Below are positions 49,835-60,014 of a stretch of DNA of 64,000 nucleotides, piece after piece. This DNA is from an uncultured Gemmatimonadaceae bacterium. Its GTDB lineage: Bacteria; Gemmatimonadota; Gemmatimonadetes; Gemmatimonadales; Gemmatimonadaceae. Position 1 is the stretch's first letter; the number at the start of each line of letters is the position of its first letter. The translations under genes were made by a program, and so were the position numbers. The notes beneath the pieces are model-generated. The model made no database searches. It was not told the origin of the DNA and was given only the letters and a program-made list of their open reading frames with translations. The stretch covers positions 32,001-96,000 of the forward strand of contig CAWGJO010000026.1 in assembly GCA_963822945.1 (NCBI GenBank), in the 5' to 3' direction.

Positions 49835-51190
49835 ATGGCGAAGATCCTCGTGGCGGACGACGAGCAGGGATTGCGCGAATTCGTGGCCGAGGCGCTCGAG
49901 GACGACGGCCACACCGTGGTGGCGGTGGCCGACGGCCAGGAGGCCGCGCGCCGGATCTCGCGCGAGAGCTTCGACCTGCTGATCTCCGACCTGCGGATGC
50001 CGAAGCTGGACGGACTGGGCGTGCTGCGCCACGCGCGCACCGAACAGCCCGAGATGGAGGTCATCCTGCTCACCGCGCACGGCTCGGTGGAGAGCGCGGT
50101 GGAGGCCATGAAGCTCGGTGCGTTCGACTACCTGGAGAAGCCGATCAGCAGCCCGCGCGAACTGCGGCTCCTGGCCGCGCGCGCGCTCGAACGACGGACG
50201 CTTCTTGCCGCAAGAGACCGCGCGGCGCGCGAGGCGGAGCCACTCCCCCCGCTGTCGTACGGGGATCCGGCCATGGAGCCGGTGGTGGAGGCGCTCCGCA
50301 AAGTGGCGCCGACCAATGCCAGCGTGCTGCTCATCGGCGAGAGCGGCACCGGCAAGGAAGTGGCGGCCCGCACGCTGCACGCGTGGAGTGCCCGCGCGGG
50401 CGGCCCGTTCGTGGCGGTGAACTGCGCGGCGCTTCCCGAAACGTTGCTCGAGAGCGAGTTGTTCGGACACGAGAAGGGGGCGTTCACCGGCGCCAGCGCG
50501 GCACGGCGGGGGCGCATCGAACTGGCCGACGGCGGCACGTTCTTTCTGGACGAGATCGGCGAGATGAAGCCCGAGGTCCAGGCCAAGCTGCTCCGCGTGA
50601 TCCAGGATCGCCGCTTCGAGCGCGTGGGCGGCACGCGAACCATCGAGTCCGATGTGCGCTGGGTGGCGGCGACCAATCGCGACCCCGCCGAACTGCGGGC
50701 CTCGGGAGCGTTGCGCGAGGATCTGTACCACCGGCTGGCGGTATTCCCCATCCATCTGCCGCCCCTGCGCGACCGGCCGCGCGACATCCTGCCGCTGGCC
50801 GAGACCCTGCTCCGCCGAATCGGAGCGCAGATGGGGAGAGCCCACCTGGAACTCGACGACGAGGCGAAGCGTCTCATCCAGTACGCGGAGTGGCCCGGCA
50901 ACGTGCGCGAGCTGGCCAACGCGCTGGAGCGCGCGGCCATTCTCGCCGGCGCATCGCTCATCCGGGGCAGCGACATCCAGTCGCCCAACGGTACCGGCGC
51001 CGCCAAACCGATACCCGCCGCCGCCGGCGCGGCCAACGGCCCGCGCGCGTTGGCGACGATGGAGCGCGATGCCATCGCCGCCGCGCTGGCCGCCACCGGG
51101 GGCAACCGGCGCGAGGCAGCGGAGCGGCTCGGCATCGGCCTGCGCACGCTCTACGACAAGTTGAAGCGGTATCGACTCGAAGATCAGTGA
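49835..51190 (+). CDS. Sigma-54-dependent response regulator (NtrC family)
   Basis: REC domain, [22 protein letters not shown] and Fis-type HTH. Confidence 0.95.
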   Translation: MAKILVADDEQGLREFVAEALEDDGHTVVAVADGQEAARRISRESFDLLISDLRMPKLDGLGVLRHARTEQPEMEVILLTAHGSVESAVEAMKLGAFDYLEKPISSPRELRLLAARALERRTLLAARDRAAREAEPLPPLSYGDPAMEPVVEALRKVAPTNASVLLIGESGTGKEVAARTLHAWSARAGGPFVAVNCAALPETLLESELFGHEKGAFTGASAARRGRIELADGGTFFLDEIGEMKPEVQAKLLRVIQDRRFERVGGTRTIESDVRWVAATNRDPAELRASGALREDLYHRLAVFPIHLPPLRDRPRDILPLAETLLRRIGAQMGRAHLELDDEAKRLIQYAEWPGNVRELANALERAAILAGASLIRGSDIQSPNGTGAAKPIPAAAGAANGPRALATMERDAIAAALAATGGNRREAAERLGIGLRTLYDKLKRYRLEDQ

Positions 51191-51199
51191 GAGGGCAAG

Positions 51200-51240
51200 C
51201 AGCGAGGCGGTGAGGGGGTGAACCCCTCACCGCCTCGCTG
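51200..51240. terminator. Perfect 18-bp hairpin between convergent genes
   Basis: CAGCGAGGCGGTGAGGGG-GTGAA-CCCCTCACCGCCTCGCTG; no T-tract. Confidence 0.6.
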
Positions 51241-51277
51241 TCCGACTGTCCGACTGTCCGACTGTCCGACTGTCCTA
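51238..51277. repeat. (CTGTCCGA)4 plus a variant CTGTCCTA
   Basis: Read directly; the variant unit contains the amidohydrolase stop codon. Confidence 0.9.
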
Positions 51278-54200
51278 CTGCTTCTCGCTCCACCACCACA
51301 ACGTCGGCGCCGCCTTGGTCCGCGGCCAGATCTCGTTCAGCGTGTTCCCGTCGTAGAGGCGGCCGTTCTTCATCACGTACTTGATGGTGTTCGTGTTCTT
51401 GATGTCGTCCAACGGGTTCTTGTCGAGCACCTGCAGGTCGGCGAGCTTGCCCGGTTCCAGCGAACCGAGATCCTTCTCGAGCCCGATGGCCTCGGCGCCG
51501 AAGATCGTGGCCACGCGCAGCACGTCCATGCGGGGCATGCCGCCCGACGCGATGTTCCAGATCTCCCACTGCGCGCCCAGCCCCTGCAACTGGCCGTGGC
51601 TGCCCATCCCCACGCGCCCGCCCGCCGCCACCACCTTGGCCGCCTGGGCGGCGAAGAGCGGGAACGACCACTGCGTGGGCGCCCACCAGCCGGGCCGGCG
51701 CGAGGCCTTCTTCTCCACCACGTCGCGCGGCGTGAAGTGGTTCAGCTTGGGGTCGTCGAGCACGTCGGTGTGCTCGTACCAGTAGTTCTCGGCCCACGGC
51801 CCGCCGTACTGCACGATCAGCGTCGGCGTCCAGGTGATGCCCGCCGCGGCATACAACTCGATCACGTCCTTGTAGAGCGGCGCGATGGGGAGGGTGTGTT
51901 CGCTGCCGGAGTAGCCGTCCATCGCTTCGGTGAGATTCTTCTTGAAGTCGAGGCCGCCCTCGAGCGTCGGCATGAGATGCTGCTCGCGGGCCGCCATCTC
52001 CACGAACTGCCGCACGCGCCGGTCGCCCGTCATGTACTGCTTGATGGTGTTCGTCTGGTAGTACTTGGAATAGCGCGACAGCACGAGTTGGGCATCGGCC
52101 AGCGACTTGATGTTCTCGGCCGCGAACACGCCCGGACCCGTGGAGTAGATGCGCGGGCCGATGAACTGCCCGGTGGCCACCATGTCCTCGTACGAGAGCA
52201 CGTCGGTGGCCGAGGTCTGTGGATCGCGCGTCGTGGTGACGCCGTAGGCCAGGTTCACCATGTACTCGAACGGCTGCGAGCGGTGCACGCCGAACGCCGG
52301 CCAGATGTGGGCGTGGATGTCCACGTACCCCGGAATGATCGTCTTGCCCGACACGTCGATTACGCGCGCGCCGCGCGGGATGGCCACCTGGCCGCGCGCG
52401 CCGATGGCGGCGATGCGGTTGTCCTTTACCACGATGTCGCCGTCGGCAATCACCTGATCGCCCTTCATCGTGATGATGCGGGCGCCGCGGAGCACTACCG
52501 TGCCGCGTGGCACGTCGCGGGCCACGGTGATCACCACGTCGTGCTGCGCCGCCTCGTAGGCCGGCTTGTTGGCGGGGCCGCCATCGCCTCCGCGACCGCC
52601 GCGTGCGCCCGCGCCCCCACCGCGTCCGCTCCGCCCATTGCCGCCGCGAGCCGCGGCGATGGAATCGGCGCGCTCCGTGGAATCGGCAATCGCCGTGGCC
52701 GCGGCCGCGACGTCGTACGTGAAGAGCGTGTGGGCGAGCGAGAAGTAGATCGTCTTGCTGTCCGCCGTCCACGTGCCGAATTCCCCACCCACCGTCGTGA
52801 GCCGGTGCACCGGCACGGCCGACGGACCCGTCAGGGTGACTTCGGGGGCGGCGCCCCCCTTCTGCGGCACGGCGTCCACCAGATACGCCTGCACGCCCGA
52901 CTGCACGAGCACCCGGGAGCCGTCGGGTGAGATCAGCATGTTGCTGGCGCCACCACCGCCACCGCCGCCGCGCCGCCCGCTGCTCCGAACGCGCAGGATG
53001 TCCCTGATGTCGGTGCCGTCCCAACGCATCGACGTGAGCTGCCCGCCCTGGAACAGGTAGATGCGCGACGTGTCCGGGCCGAAGTGCGGCTGTCCGAAGC
53101 TGACGAGCGGCGCGATCATCGTGGCCGGTCCACCTGCCGCCGGCATCCATGCCAGCTCCACACCGGTGGCCTCCGCGTTGGGCCGTTCCAGTTCGTCGCG
53201 GTCGCGTCGCATGTCGCGCGGGCCGCGGCCGAACACCAGCCGGCTGCCGTTGGGCGAGTAGGCGAGTTCCTCGTAGTACGCGGACTGCGTCGTGAGCTTC
53301 TGCGGCGCGCCCTGGCCGTCGGCCCGCACGCGATAGATGTCGCCGCCGGTGACGTCGCTCCAGGTCACGTAGGCGATGTAGCGGCCGTCGGGCGACCACG
53401 CCGGCGAGTACTCGCCCACCGTGCTCGAGGCGACCAGCCGGTGCGGGGTGCCGCCGGGCAGATCCATCACCCACACACGGTCCAGCGCCGTGAACGCCAT
53501 GCGCCTGCCGTCGGGCGAGGGCGCCAGATCGCGAATCTGGTGCACCGTGATCGTCGAGTCATCGAACGGATACTGATCCTTGATCGCGCCGGCGATCATC
53601 TCGTCGTAGTCGGCGCTGAACGGGATCATCGTCGCCTGGCCGTCGGGAACGCCCACCCGCCAGAAGTGCCCGAGATACGCGACCACGATGGCCTTGCCGT
53701 CTGGCGTGAAGGCGAACGGCGGCTCGAGGTCGCGAGTGAACCGCGACTCCTGGTCGTCGCGCTGCACGCGGTGCACCAGCCAGTGTTCGTCGCCGCTCGA
53801 CAGGTCGCGGATGCGGAGCGAGGTCACCGAGTCCTCACGCGTGGCGTACACCAGCCACTTGCCGTCGGGGCTCACTTCGGGGCGCATGCCCGAGCCAGGC
53901 GCGTCGGTGCGGATGTAGGTGTGCCCGGTCTCGCGATCGTACACGGCGATCTGCCAGCCGAGCGACGTCTGGTTGTACCCGCCGCCGCCATTGCGCGCCG
54001 CCACGTACATGTAGCGGCCGTCGGGGCCGAAGGCCGGCCCCACGAAGTTGTTGAGGGCGCCGGCGCCTCCGCGCCCGCCGCCGCGTCCGCCGGCGCCGGC
54101 CGAGTCGGTGCCGGTGAGCTGCAGCCCCGTTCCCCCGCCGACGTAATACATGTAGACGTTGTACGCGCCGCCCGAGAAGCTGTTGGACCGCGATGCCACC

Positions 54201-54679
54201 ACGTACCGGCCGTCGGGCGTCCAGGTGGGCGAGACGAAGCTGTGGTCGTTCTCCCTGGTCAGCGCGCGCACGTGACTGCCGTCGGCGTCCATCAGCCAGA
54301 GATTCTCCGATCCGCTCCGGTCGCTCGCGAACACGATCGTCTTGCCGTCGGGCGAGAAGTTGGGCTGTCCGTCGAACGCCTGGCCGCTGGTGAGGCGCGT
54401 GGCCTTGCCGCCCGCGATCGGCATCTTGTAGATGTCGCCCAGGAGGTCGAACACCACCCACTGGCCGTCGTTCGAGACGTCGAGCGACATCCACGTCCCT
54501 TCGGTGGTCGTGAAGCGGAGCGGCTTGGTGGGGCGCTCGGGCAGGTTGTAGCCGGGGCCGCCGCTGGAGTCGGCGGTCGCCTCTCCCTGTTGCGCGGCGG
54601 CCGGGCGGGCACCGGCCAGCAGGACGGCCACGAGCGCGGCGGTGGCGGACGTGATGCGGGAGAGCGGGAGACGACGCAT
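51275..54679 (-). CDS. Secreted amidohydrolase with TolB/PD40 propellers
   Basis: EGTWMSLDVS, SPDG repeats, PGYVDIHAH, GSHGQLQG and GKLADL. Confidence 0.9.
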   Translation of the reverse strand: MRRLPLSRITSATAALVAVLLAGARPAAAQQGEATADSSGGPGYNLPERPTKPLRFTTTEGTWMSLDVSNDGQWVVFDLLGDIYKMPIAGGKATRLTSGQAFDGQPNFSPDGKTIVFASDRSGSENLWLMDADGSHVRALTRENDHSFVSPTWTPDGRYVVASRSNSFSGGAYNVYMYYVGGGTGLQLTGTDSAGAGGRGGGRGGAGALNNFVGPAFGPDGRYMYVAARNGGGGYNQTSLGWQIAVYDRETGHTYIRTDAPGSGMRPEVSPDGKWLVYATREDSVTSLRIRDLSSGDEHWLVHRVQRDDQESRFTRDLEPPFAFTPDGKAIVVAYLGHFWRVGVPDGQATMIPFSADYDEMIAGAIKDQYPFDDSTITVHQIRDLAPSPDGRRMAFTALDRVWVMDLPGGTPHRLVASSTVGEYSPAWSPDGRYIAYVTWSDVTGGDIYRVRADGQGAPQKLTTQSAYYEELAYSPNGSRLVFGRGPRDMRRDRDELERPNAEATGVELAWMPAAGGPATMIAPLVSFGQPHFGPDTSRIYLFQGGQLTSMRWDGTDIRDILRVRSSGRRGGGGGGGASNMLISPDGSRVLVQSGVQAYLVDAVPQKGGAAPEVTLTGPSAVPVHRLTTVGGEFGTWTADSKTIYFSLAHTLFTYDVAAAATAIADSTERADSIAAARGGNGRSGRGGGAGARGGRGGDGGPANKPAYEAAQHDVVITVARDVPRGTVVLRGARIITMKGDQVIADGDIVVKDNRIAAIGARGQVAIPRGARVIDVSGKTIIPGYVDIHAHIWPAFGVHRSQPFEYMVNLAYGVTTTRDPQTSATDVLSYEDMVATGQFIGPRIYSTGPGVFAAENIKSLADAQLVLSRYSKYYQTNTIKQYMTGDRRVRQFVEMAAREQHLMPTLEGGLDFKKNLTEAMDGYSGSEHTLPIAPLYKDVIELYAAAGITWTPTLIVQYGGPWAENYWYEHTDVLDDPKLNHFTPRDVVEKKASRRPGWWAPTQWSFPLFAAQAAKVVAAGGRVGMGSHGQLQGLGAQWEIWNIASGGMPRMDVLRVATIFGAEAIGLEKDLGSLEPGKLADLQVLDKNPLDDIKNTNTIKYVMKNGRLYDGNTLNEIWPRTKAAPTLWWWSEKQ

Positions 54680-54953
54680 GCTTCGCCTCGATGTTGAGGG
54701 GGCGGGGGAGGAGGGGTGGGGGTCGATCGACGCCGTCGACGGGAAATCGGCGGCGCGTCGGGTGCAGCAAACTGCGGCCTGGCGGGCGGTGCGGCAAGGC
54801 TCCCGGCCGGTATTCGGGACCGGATGCCGCACCGGCAGCGGGCGCCCCGCGGGCGTGCAATCGCACCGGCCGCAGGGGAATCCCTATGGACGGTGCCGGC
54901 ACCGGTTCCTACTATCGAGCGAACGCGGTTCGCCGAGCGCATCAGGAGGTGAG

Positions 54954-56255
54954 ATGTTCATGCTCGTGGGAGTGCTCCCGGAAGCAACGCCGGCGCTGGA
55001 TGCGGCCGCGCGGCTGAGTATCGCCGCGCTCGTCGGGCTGGCCGTCGGCACGGAGCGGGAGTGGTCCGGCCACGCCTCCGGTCCGCATGCGCGCTTTGCC
55101 GGGATGCGCACCTTTCTCCTGCTCGGTCTGCTCGGCGGGAGCGCGGGCCTCTGCTTCCTGTGGGGCTACACCGTGGCCGGCGGCGTGTTGTTGGCCGCGG
55201 GCGCGGCGTTCGTCGCCGTGGCCTATGCCATGGCGGTGCGCCGTCCCGATTCGGATCTCGACGGCACCACCGAAGGTGCGGCCCTCGTGGTTCTGGCCCT
55301 CGGCGTGCTCTCCGGGCTGGGGCAGATGGGGCTGGCCGCCGGTGCGGTGGCCGTGGTGCTCCTGGTCCTCGGCGAGAAGGAGCGGCTGCACTGGGTGGTG
55401 CGCAAGATCGGCGAACGGGAGATGCGCGCCACGCTCCAGTTCGCGGTGCTGGCGCTCGTCGTGCTGCCGCTGCTCCCGGCCGGACCCTTCGGCCCGTTGG
55501 GCGGCATCCGTCCGCGTGCGCTGTGGGCCATCGTGCTCTTCTTCGCCGGCCTCAACTTCGCCGGACATATCACGCGGCATGCCGTGGGGCCCAACCGGGG
55601 CTACGGCGTCACCGGCCTGCTCGGAGGGCTGGTGTCGTCCACCGCGGTCACGCTGCAGTTCTCACGGCTGAGCCAGGGCGACGACGAGTTGAGCCGGCCG
55701 CTCGCGTTGGGGGTGATCGGGGCCTGCACGGTGCTCGTGGCCCGTGTGTTCGCGGCGGCGACCGTGCTGAACCTCGACGTGGCCCGCGAACTCCTGCTGT
55801 ACCTGCTGCCCTCGGCGGTGGTGGGCGCGGTATTGGTGACGCGCGCGCTGCGCCATCCCTGGCCGGCCGCGTCGGCCGAAGCCAGGCCCGATCTTCAGAG
55901 CCCGCTGCGCCTCTGGTCGGCCATTCAGCTTGCATTGGCGTTCCAACTGGCGATGATGCTGCTGGCGCTGGCCCAGCAGCTCTGGGGGAAGGCCGGTGTG
56001 CTCACGTCGGCGGCCGTGCTCGGACTCACCGACGTCGATGCGCTCACCGTGTCGATGTGCCGGTCGGTGACCGACGGCGCCGCGGCGTCGCTGGCGGCGC
56101 AGGGTATCGCGATCGGCATCCTCTCGAACACCGTCCTCAAGCTGGGGCTGGCGCTCACGCTCGGATCGCCCCGATTCCGGAAGGCGGTGGCGCCGGGCTT
56201 CCTGGGCCTGGGCGCCGCCGTGCTGCTCGGGCTCTGGCTGGGCATCCGGTTCTGA
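54954..56255 (+). CDS. MgtC/SapB + DUF4010 membrane protein
   Basis: GTEREW, AGMRTF, GGLVSSTAVT and GLTDVDA; AGGAGG RBS. Confidence 0.88.
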   Translation: MFMLVGVLPEATPALDAAARLSIAALVGLAVGTEREWSGHASGPHARFAGMRTFLLLGLLGGSAGLCFLWGYTVAGGVLLAAGAAFVAVAYAMAVRRPDSDLDGTTEGAALVVLALGVLSGLGQMGLAAGAVAVVLLVLGEKERLHWVVRKIGEREMRATLQFAVLALVVLPLLPAGPFGPLGGIRPRALWAIVLFFAGLNFAGHITRHAVGPNRGYGVTGLLGGLVSSTAVTLQFSRLSQGDDELSRPLALGVIGACTVLVARVFAAATVLNLDVARELLLYLLPSAVVGAVLVTRALRHPWPAASAEARPDLQSPLRLWSAIQLALAFQLAMMLLALAQQLWGKAGVLTSAAVLGLTDVDALTVSMCRSVTDGAAASLAAQGIAIGILSNTVLKLGLALTLGSPRFRKAVAPGFLGLGAAVLLGLWLGIRF

Positions 56256-56381
56256 AGCCCTGGAGAGGGCGGTTGCGGGGCGGCGTCCGACAAATCCCGG
56301 GACTTGTGTCGGGATTCCCTGACGGCATCAGCGGAGACCTCCTTATGGAATGGGCCGCCCGACGGGGCCATCGTTGGGCCC

Positions 56382-57071
56382 ATGAGCATGGGGCTTGCCG
56401 TGACCACTGACGAGAATCCGAGCGGAGCACTTGCGCCGTTCGACACGCCGCACGCCGCGGGGGCCGTCGTACATCCGCGCTGGGAATGGCGGGTCTTCGA
56501 GCGGACCTTCGGCGCGCCACCGGCCGAAGACATCGTGGGCGGGGCGCCGCCCGTCGAGCAGACCTATCTGCTCTCGTTGCTCTCGCCGCACAGCGTGAAG
56601 GTTCGCGATGGGCTGCTGGACATCAAGCGGCTGGAAGGGGTCGACGAGAGCGGCCTCCAACTGTGGCGCCCCGTGCTGACCGCGGAGTTCCCGATCGACG
56701 CCACCGTCCTGGCCGCGGCCTATGCGGCCTGGGGGGTTCCGGCGCCGGCCGCCGACACGCCGCTCCTCTCACTGAGCGACCTGTTGTATCGCGTCGTGGT
56801 GCCGCATCGCCAGCTGCGCATCGTGACGCTCACCAAGCGCCGCATGCCGATCGCCATCGGTCCCTGCCAGGGCGAGCGGGCGCAGTTCACCATCGGACGC
56901 CACCGGTGGAACACGGTGTCGGTGGAGGACGCCGATCGCGGGCGGGTGCTGGCCGCCCTGCACGAGCTCGGCCTCGATCCCGCGGACAACGAGGACTATC
57001 CGCGCACGCTCAAGCGCATTCTGGGACTGCCCGACCACTCGTCGGACCCGCGCGCCCTGCCCACGTTCTGA
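56382..57071 (+). CDS. Hypothetical protein, possibly CYTH-like
   Basis: RWEWR, TYLLS, VKVRD..LDIK, KRR, terminal YP spaced as in CYTH folds. Confidence 0.6.
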   Translation: MSMGLAVTTDENPSGALAPFDTPHAAGAVVHPRWEWRVFERTFGAPPAEDIVGGAPPVEQTYLLSLLSPHSVKVRDGLLDIKRLEGVDESGLQLWRPVLTAEFPIDATVLAAAYAAWGVPAPAADTPLLSLSDLLYRVVVPHRQLRIVTLTKRRMPIAIGPCQGERAQFTIGRHRWNTVSVEDADRGRVLAALHELGLDPADNEDYPRTLKRILGLPDHSSDPRALPTF

Positions 57072-57133
57072 CCGGGACCTCCTGCCGGCCCGGGGCTACA
57101 TTTCCGCTCCTGGCCCACATTCCGGAGGCAGGC

Positions 57134-57613
57134 ATGGCGACCGAAATCGAGCGGAAGTTCCTGGTGCGGCGTGAGGCGTGGCCCGCCGATGCCGTAGCCG
57201 GCGTGCGCTACCGTCAGGGGTACCTGGCCAGCTTTCCGCTGCCCGTGGTCCGGGTGCGCGTGGCCGGCGACCGCGGCTATCTCACGATCAAGGGCCGGAC
57301 GTCGGGCATCGCGCGGGAGGAGTTCGAGTATCCGATTCCGCTGGCCGATGCGGAGCAGATGCTCGACACCCTGTGCGCGACGCCGCTCATCGAGAAGGTG
57401 CGGTACCGGGTGCCGTACGCCGGGTTCACGTGGGAGGTGGACGCGTTCGAAGGCGCGAACGCAGGGTTGCTCCTGGCGGAAGTGGAACTCCCGGCCGCGG
57501 ATGCGCCGGTGAAGCTGCCGCCGTGGGTGGGGCGTGAGGTGTCGGACGACCCGCGCTACTTCAACGCCAACCTCGTCGTGCATCCGTTCGCGGAGTGGGG
57601 CGACCGAGCATAG
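57134..57613 (+). CDS. CYTH-domain protein (triphosphatase-like)
   Basis: EIERKFLV, QGYL, LTIKG, EFEY, WEVD.F and AEVEL. Confidence 0.92.
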   Translation: MATEIERKFLVRREAWPADAVAGVRYRQGYLASFPLPVVRVRVAGDRGYLTIKGRTSGIAREEFEYPIPLADAEQMLDTLCATPLIEKVRYRVPYAGFTWEVDAFEGANAGLLLAEVELPAADAPVKLPPWVGREVSDDPRYFNANLVVHPFAEWGDRA

Positions 57614-57617
57614 CGCA

Positions 57618-59294
57618 CTACCGGTCGCGTGCCCGCCAGGAACCGGCCGCCACGAGCGCCGTGCCCACGGCGCCCCACGCGAGGAACAGGTCGCCGGCGT
57701 AGCGATACCATCCGCCTGCCACGACGAGCAGGCTTCCGCCAATCAGCAGCGCAGCGGCCGCCACCGAACCGGTGAGCCGTTCGATGCCGCGGGTCGCCCG
57801 GCGTTCGGTGCGTTCCAGACCCGGCACGCGCACCTGTCCCAACTCTCCCTCCGAGATGCGGCGGAGCGTGCGGCGCAGATCGCCGGGGGCGCTGTCGGCC
57901 AGTCGCTCCAAGTCGCGGTGCATGCGGCGCGCATGCTCCAGCAGCCGCGTCGGCGCGAACTGGCGCGACGCCACGCGCCGCAGCTCGTCCTGGAACGCCT
58001 CGGCCACGCTCATCGAGGGGTCGAGATCGCGCATCACCGCTTCGGCCAGCAGGAACGCCCGGGTGAGCAGCAGAATCGGCCCCGGATTCCTGATGCGGTG
58101 GCTCGTGCCGAGCCGGAGCAGCGACTGGAGCGCGTCGCCCACCGAGACCTCTGCCAGATCCTGCTCGTGGATGTGGCGGAGGAGCGTGCTGAGGTCCGCT
58201 TCGAGCGCCGGGCGGTCGACGTCGGCGCCCACGAGTCCGACATCGAGGTAGGCGTCGGCCGTGTCGCGGACGTCGCCGCGCACCACGGCGTCGAGCAGCG
58301 CCGTGAGGCTCTCGCGCATCGTCGCGTCGAGTTCACCCACCATGCCGAAGTCGTGCAGGCAGAGCCGCCCGTCCTCGAGCACCGCAATGTTGCCGGGGTG
58401 CGGGTCGGCCTGGAACAGCCCGTTCTCGAAGATCTGGTGCAGGAGCAGCGTCGCGATGCCCCGTGCCAGCCGCGGCCGTTCGTCGGGGTGCGCGGCGGCG
58501 TAGTGGTCCACGCGGACGCCGCGGAAGTACTCCATCGCGATGACGGCGGGACCGCAGGCTTCGGGGACGATGTCGGGCGTCCACACGCCCGGGACATCGC
58601 GCAATTCCTCGCGGAACCGCCGGATGGTGCGCGCCTCGAGGCGGAAGTCCATCTCGCGCTGGAGGCTGAAGCGAAATTCCTGAATCAGCCCCACGAGATC
58701 GAACGTCTGCAGCCGGCGCACGTAGTGTTCGCTCAGCGCGGCGAGGTAGGCGAGGATCGACCCGTCCTCGGCCACGCGGGCTTCGAGGCCGGCCCGGCGC
58801 ACCTTGAGCACGATCTCGCGTCCGTCGCGCAGCCGGGCGCGATGCACCTGGGCGATCGTCGCCGCCGCGATCGGGTCGGGATCGACCCACGCGAACTGAT
58901 CGGACAGCCGGCCCCCGAGATCCTGCTCGACGATGGCCGAGACGTCGGCGAAGGGCATCGGCGGCAGGTCGTCGTGCAGCCGCTCCAGTTCGCGAACGTA
59001 CTCGTCGGGCAGCAGGTCGCGGCGCACCGCGAGCACCTGCCCGAACTTGAGGAACACGATCCCCAACTCCTCGAGCGCCAGGCGCACCTGCACCGGGTCG
59101 GGCCAGTGGCGCCGGCCGCGCATGGCGCCCAGGATGCCGTGCCGTCGCAGCACGCGGAGGATCGCGAACATCCGTGGGGCGCGGCGGGCCACCGCGCGCG
59201 GGCCGAACGCCACCACATGCTGGGGCAGCGCTGGAGTCGCGGCCGGGGCACTCTCGCGCGAAGATGGGGTACTGATCGTTGGCTGACTCGACAT
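57618..59294 (-). CDS. ABC1/UbiB/AarF-family atypical kinase
   Basis: KFGQ, AAATIAQVH, QADPHPGN and DFGMVG; C-terminal TM helices; start could be 59309. Confidence 0.9.
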   Translation of the reverse strand: MSSQPTISTPSSRESAPAATPALPQHVVAFGPRAVARRAPRMFAILRVLRRHGILGAMRGRRHWPDPVQVRLALEELGIVFLKFGQVLAVRRDLLPDEYVRELERLHDDLPPMPFADVSAIVEQDLGGRLSDQFAWVDPDPIAAATIAQVHRARLRDGREIVLKVRRAGLEARVAEDGSILAYLAALSEHYVRRLQTFDLVGLIQEFRFSLQREMDFRLEARTIRRFREELRDVPGVWTPDIVPEACGPAVIAMEYFRGVRVDHYAAAHPDERPRLARGIATLLLHQIFENGLFQADPHPGNIAVLEDGRLCLHDFGMVGELDATMRESLTALLDAVVRGDVRDTADAYLDVGLVGADVDRPALEADLSTLLRHIHEQDLAEVSVGDALQSLLRLGTSHRIRNPGPILLLTRAFLLAEAVMRDLDPSMSVAEAFQDELRRVASRQFAPTRLLEHARRMHRDLERLADSAPGDLRRTLRRISEGELGQVRVPGLERTERRATRGIERLTGSVAAAALLIGGSLLVVAGGWYRYAGDLFLAWGAVGTALVAAGSWRARDR

Positions 59295-59540
59295 GGCCGT
59301 TCCCTGCAATGACGGACCCCGCGGCGCTCGGATGGTTCGCGCAGGGGAACCATCACCGTCTACGGGTTCTGCCGTAGGCTAGGGGGCGTTTCGGCGGTAG
59401 TCTGTCCGGAGCCCACCACGGGCGCGTGAGCCTTTTGCTCATTATCCTGTGGGGCGTTTCCTGTTCGGCGGTGTCGCCGCGTCCGATCTCGGCCGCGGCC
59501 ACCGCGGTGTGTGTCCCGCATCCATACCACGGAGAGACCT

Positions 59541-60014
59541 ATGAAATTTCAAACGCTCGGCTTGGCAGCGTCCCTGGTGGCGATCGGCGCCTGGAGTGCG
59601 CCGGTCCATCCGGTACCGGCACGGTCGCAGGCGGTTCACTACGAGGCGCAGCTGAACGCCGCCAGTGAAACGCCGGCCAATACCTCGACCGCGACCGGCA
59701 CGGCCACGTTCGTCCTGAACGGCAACCGGCTGCGCTATACGGTCACCGTGCTCGGCCTCTCGGGTCCGGCCACGATGGCGCACATCCACGTGGGCGCCAA
59801 GGGAGCCTCGGGCCCGCCGGTCTACAGCTTCAAGATCAACAAGGTGGCCGCCGGCACGCTGGCGCAGGGCTACGTCGACCTGAGCAAGGAAGTCAGCAAG
59901 GGAGTTTCGGGCGACTCGCTCAAGACGTTGCTCGCCAATGGCGATGCGTACGTGAACGTGCACACGGCCGCGCACCCCGGCGGAGAGATTCGGGGGCAGA
60001 TCGAGAAGAAGTGA
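59541..60014 (+). CDS. Secreted CHRD-domain protein
   Basis: Signal peptide; AHIH and YVNVHT...PGGEIRGQ. Confidence 0.9.
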   Translation: MKFQTLGLAASLVAIGAWSAPVHPVPARSQAVHYEAQLNAASETPANTSTATGTATFVLNGNRLRYTVTVLGLSGPATMAHIHVGAKGASGPPVYSFKINKVAAGTLAQGYVDLSKEVSKGVSGDSLKTLLANGDAYVNVHTAAHPGGEIRGQIEKK

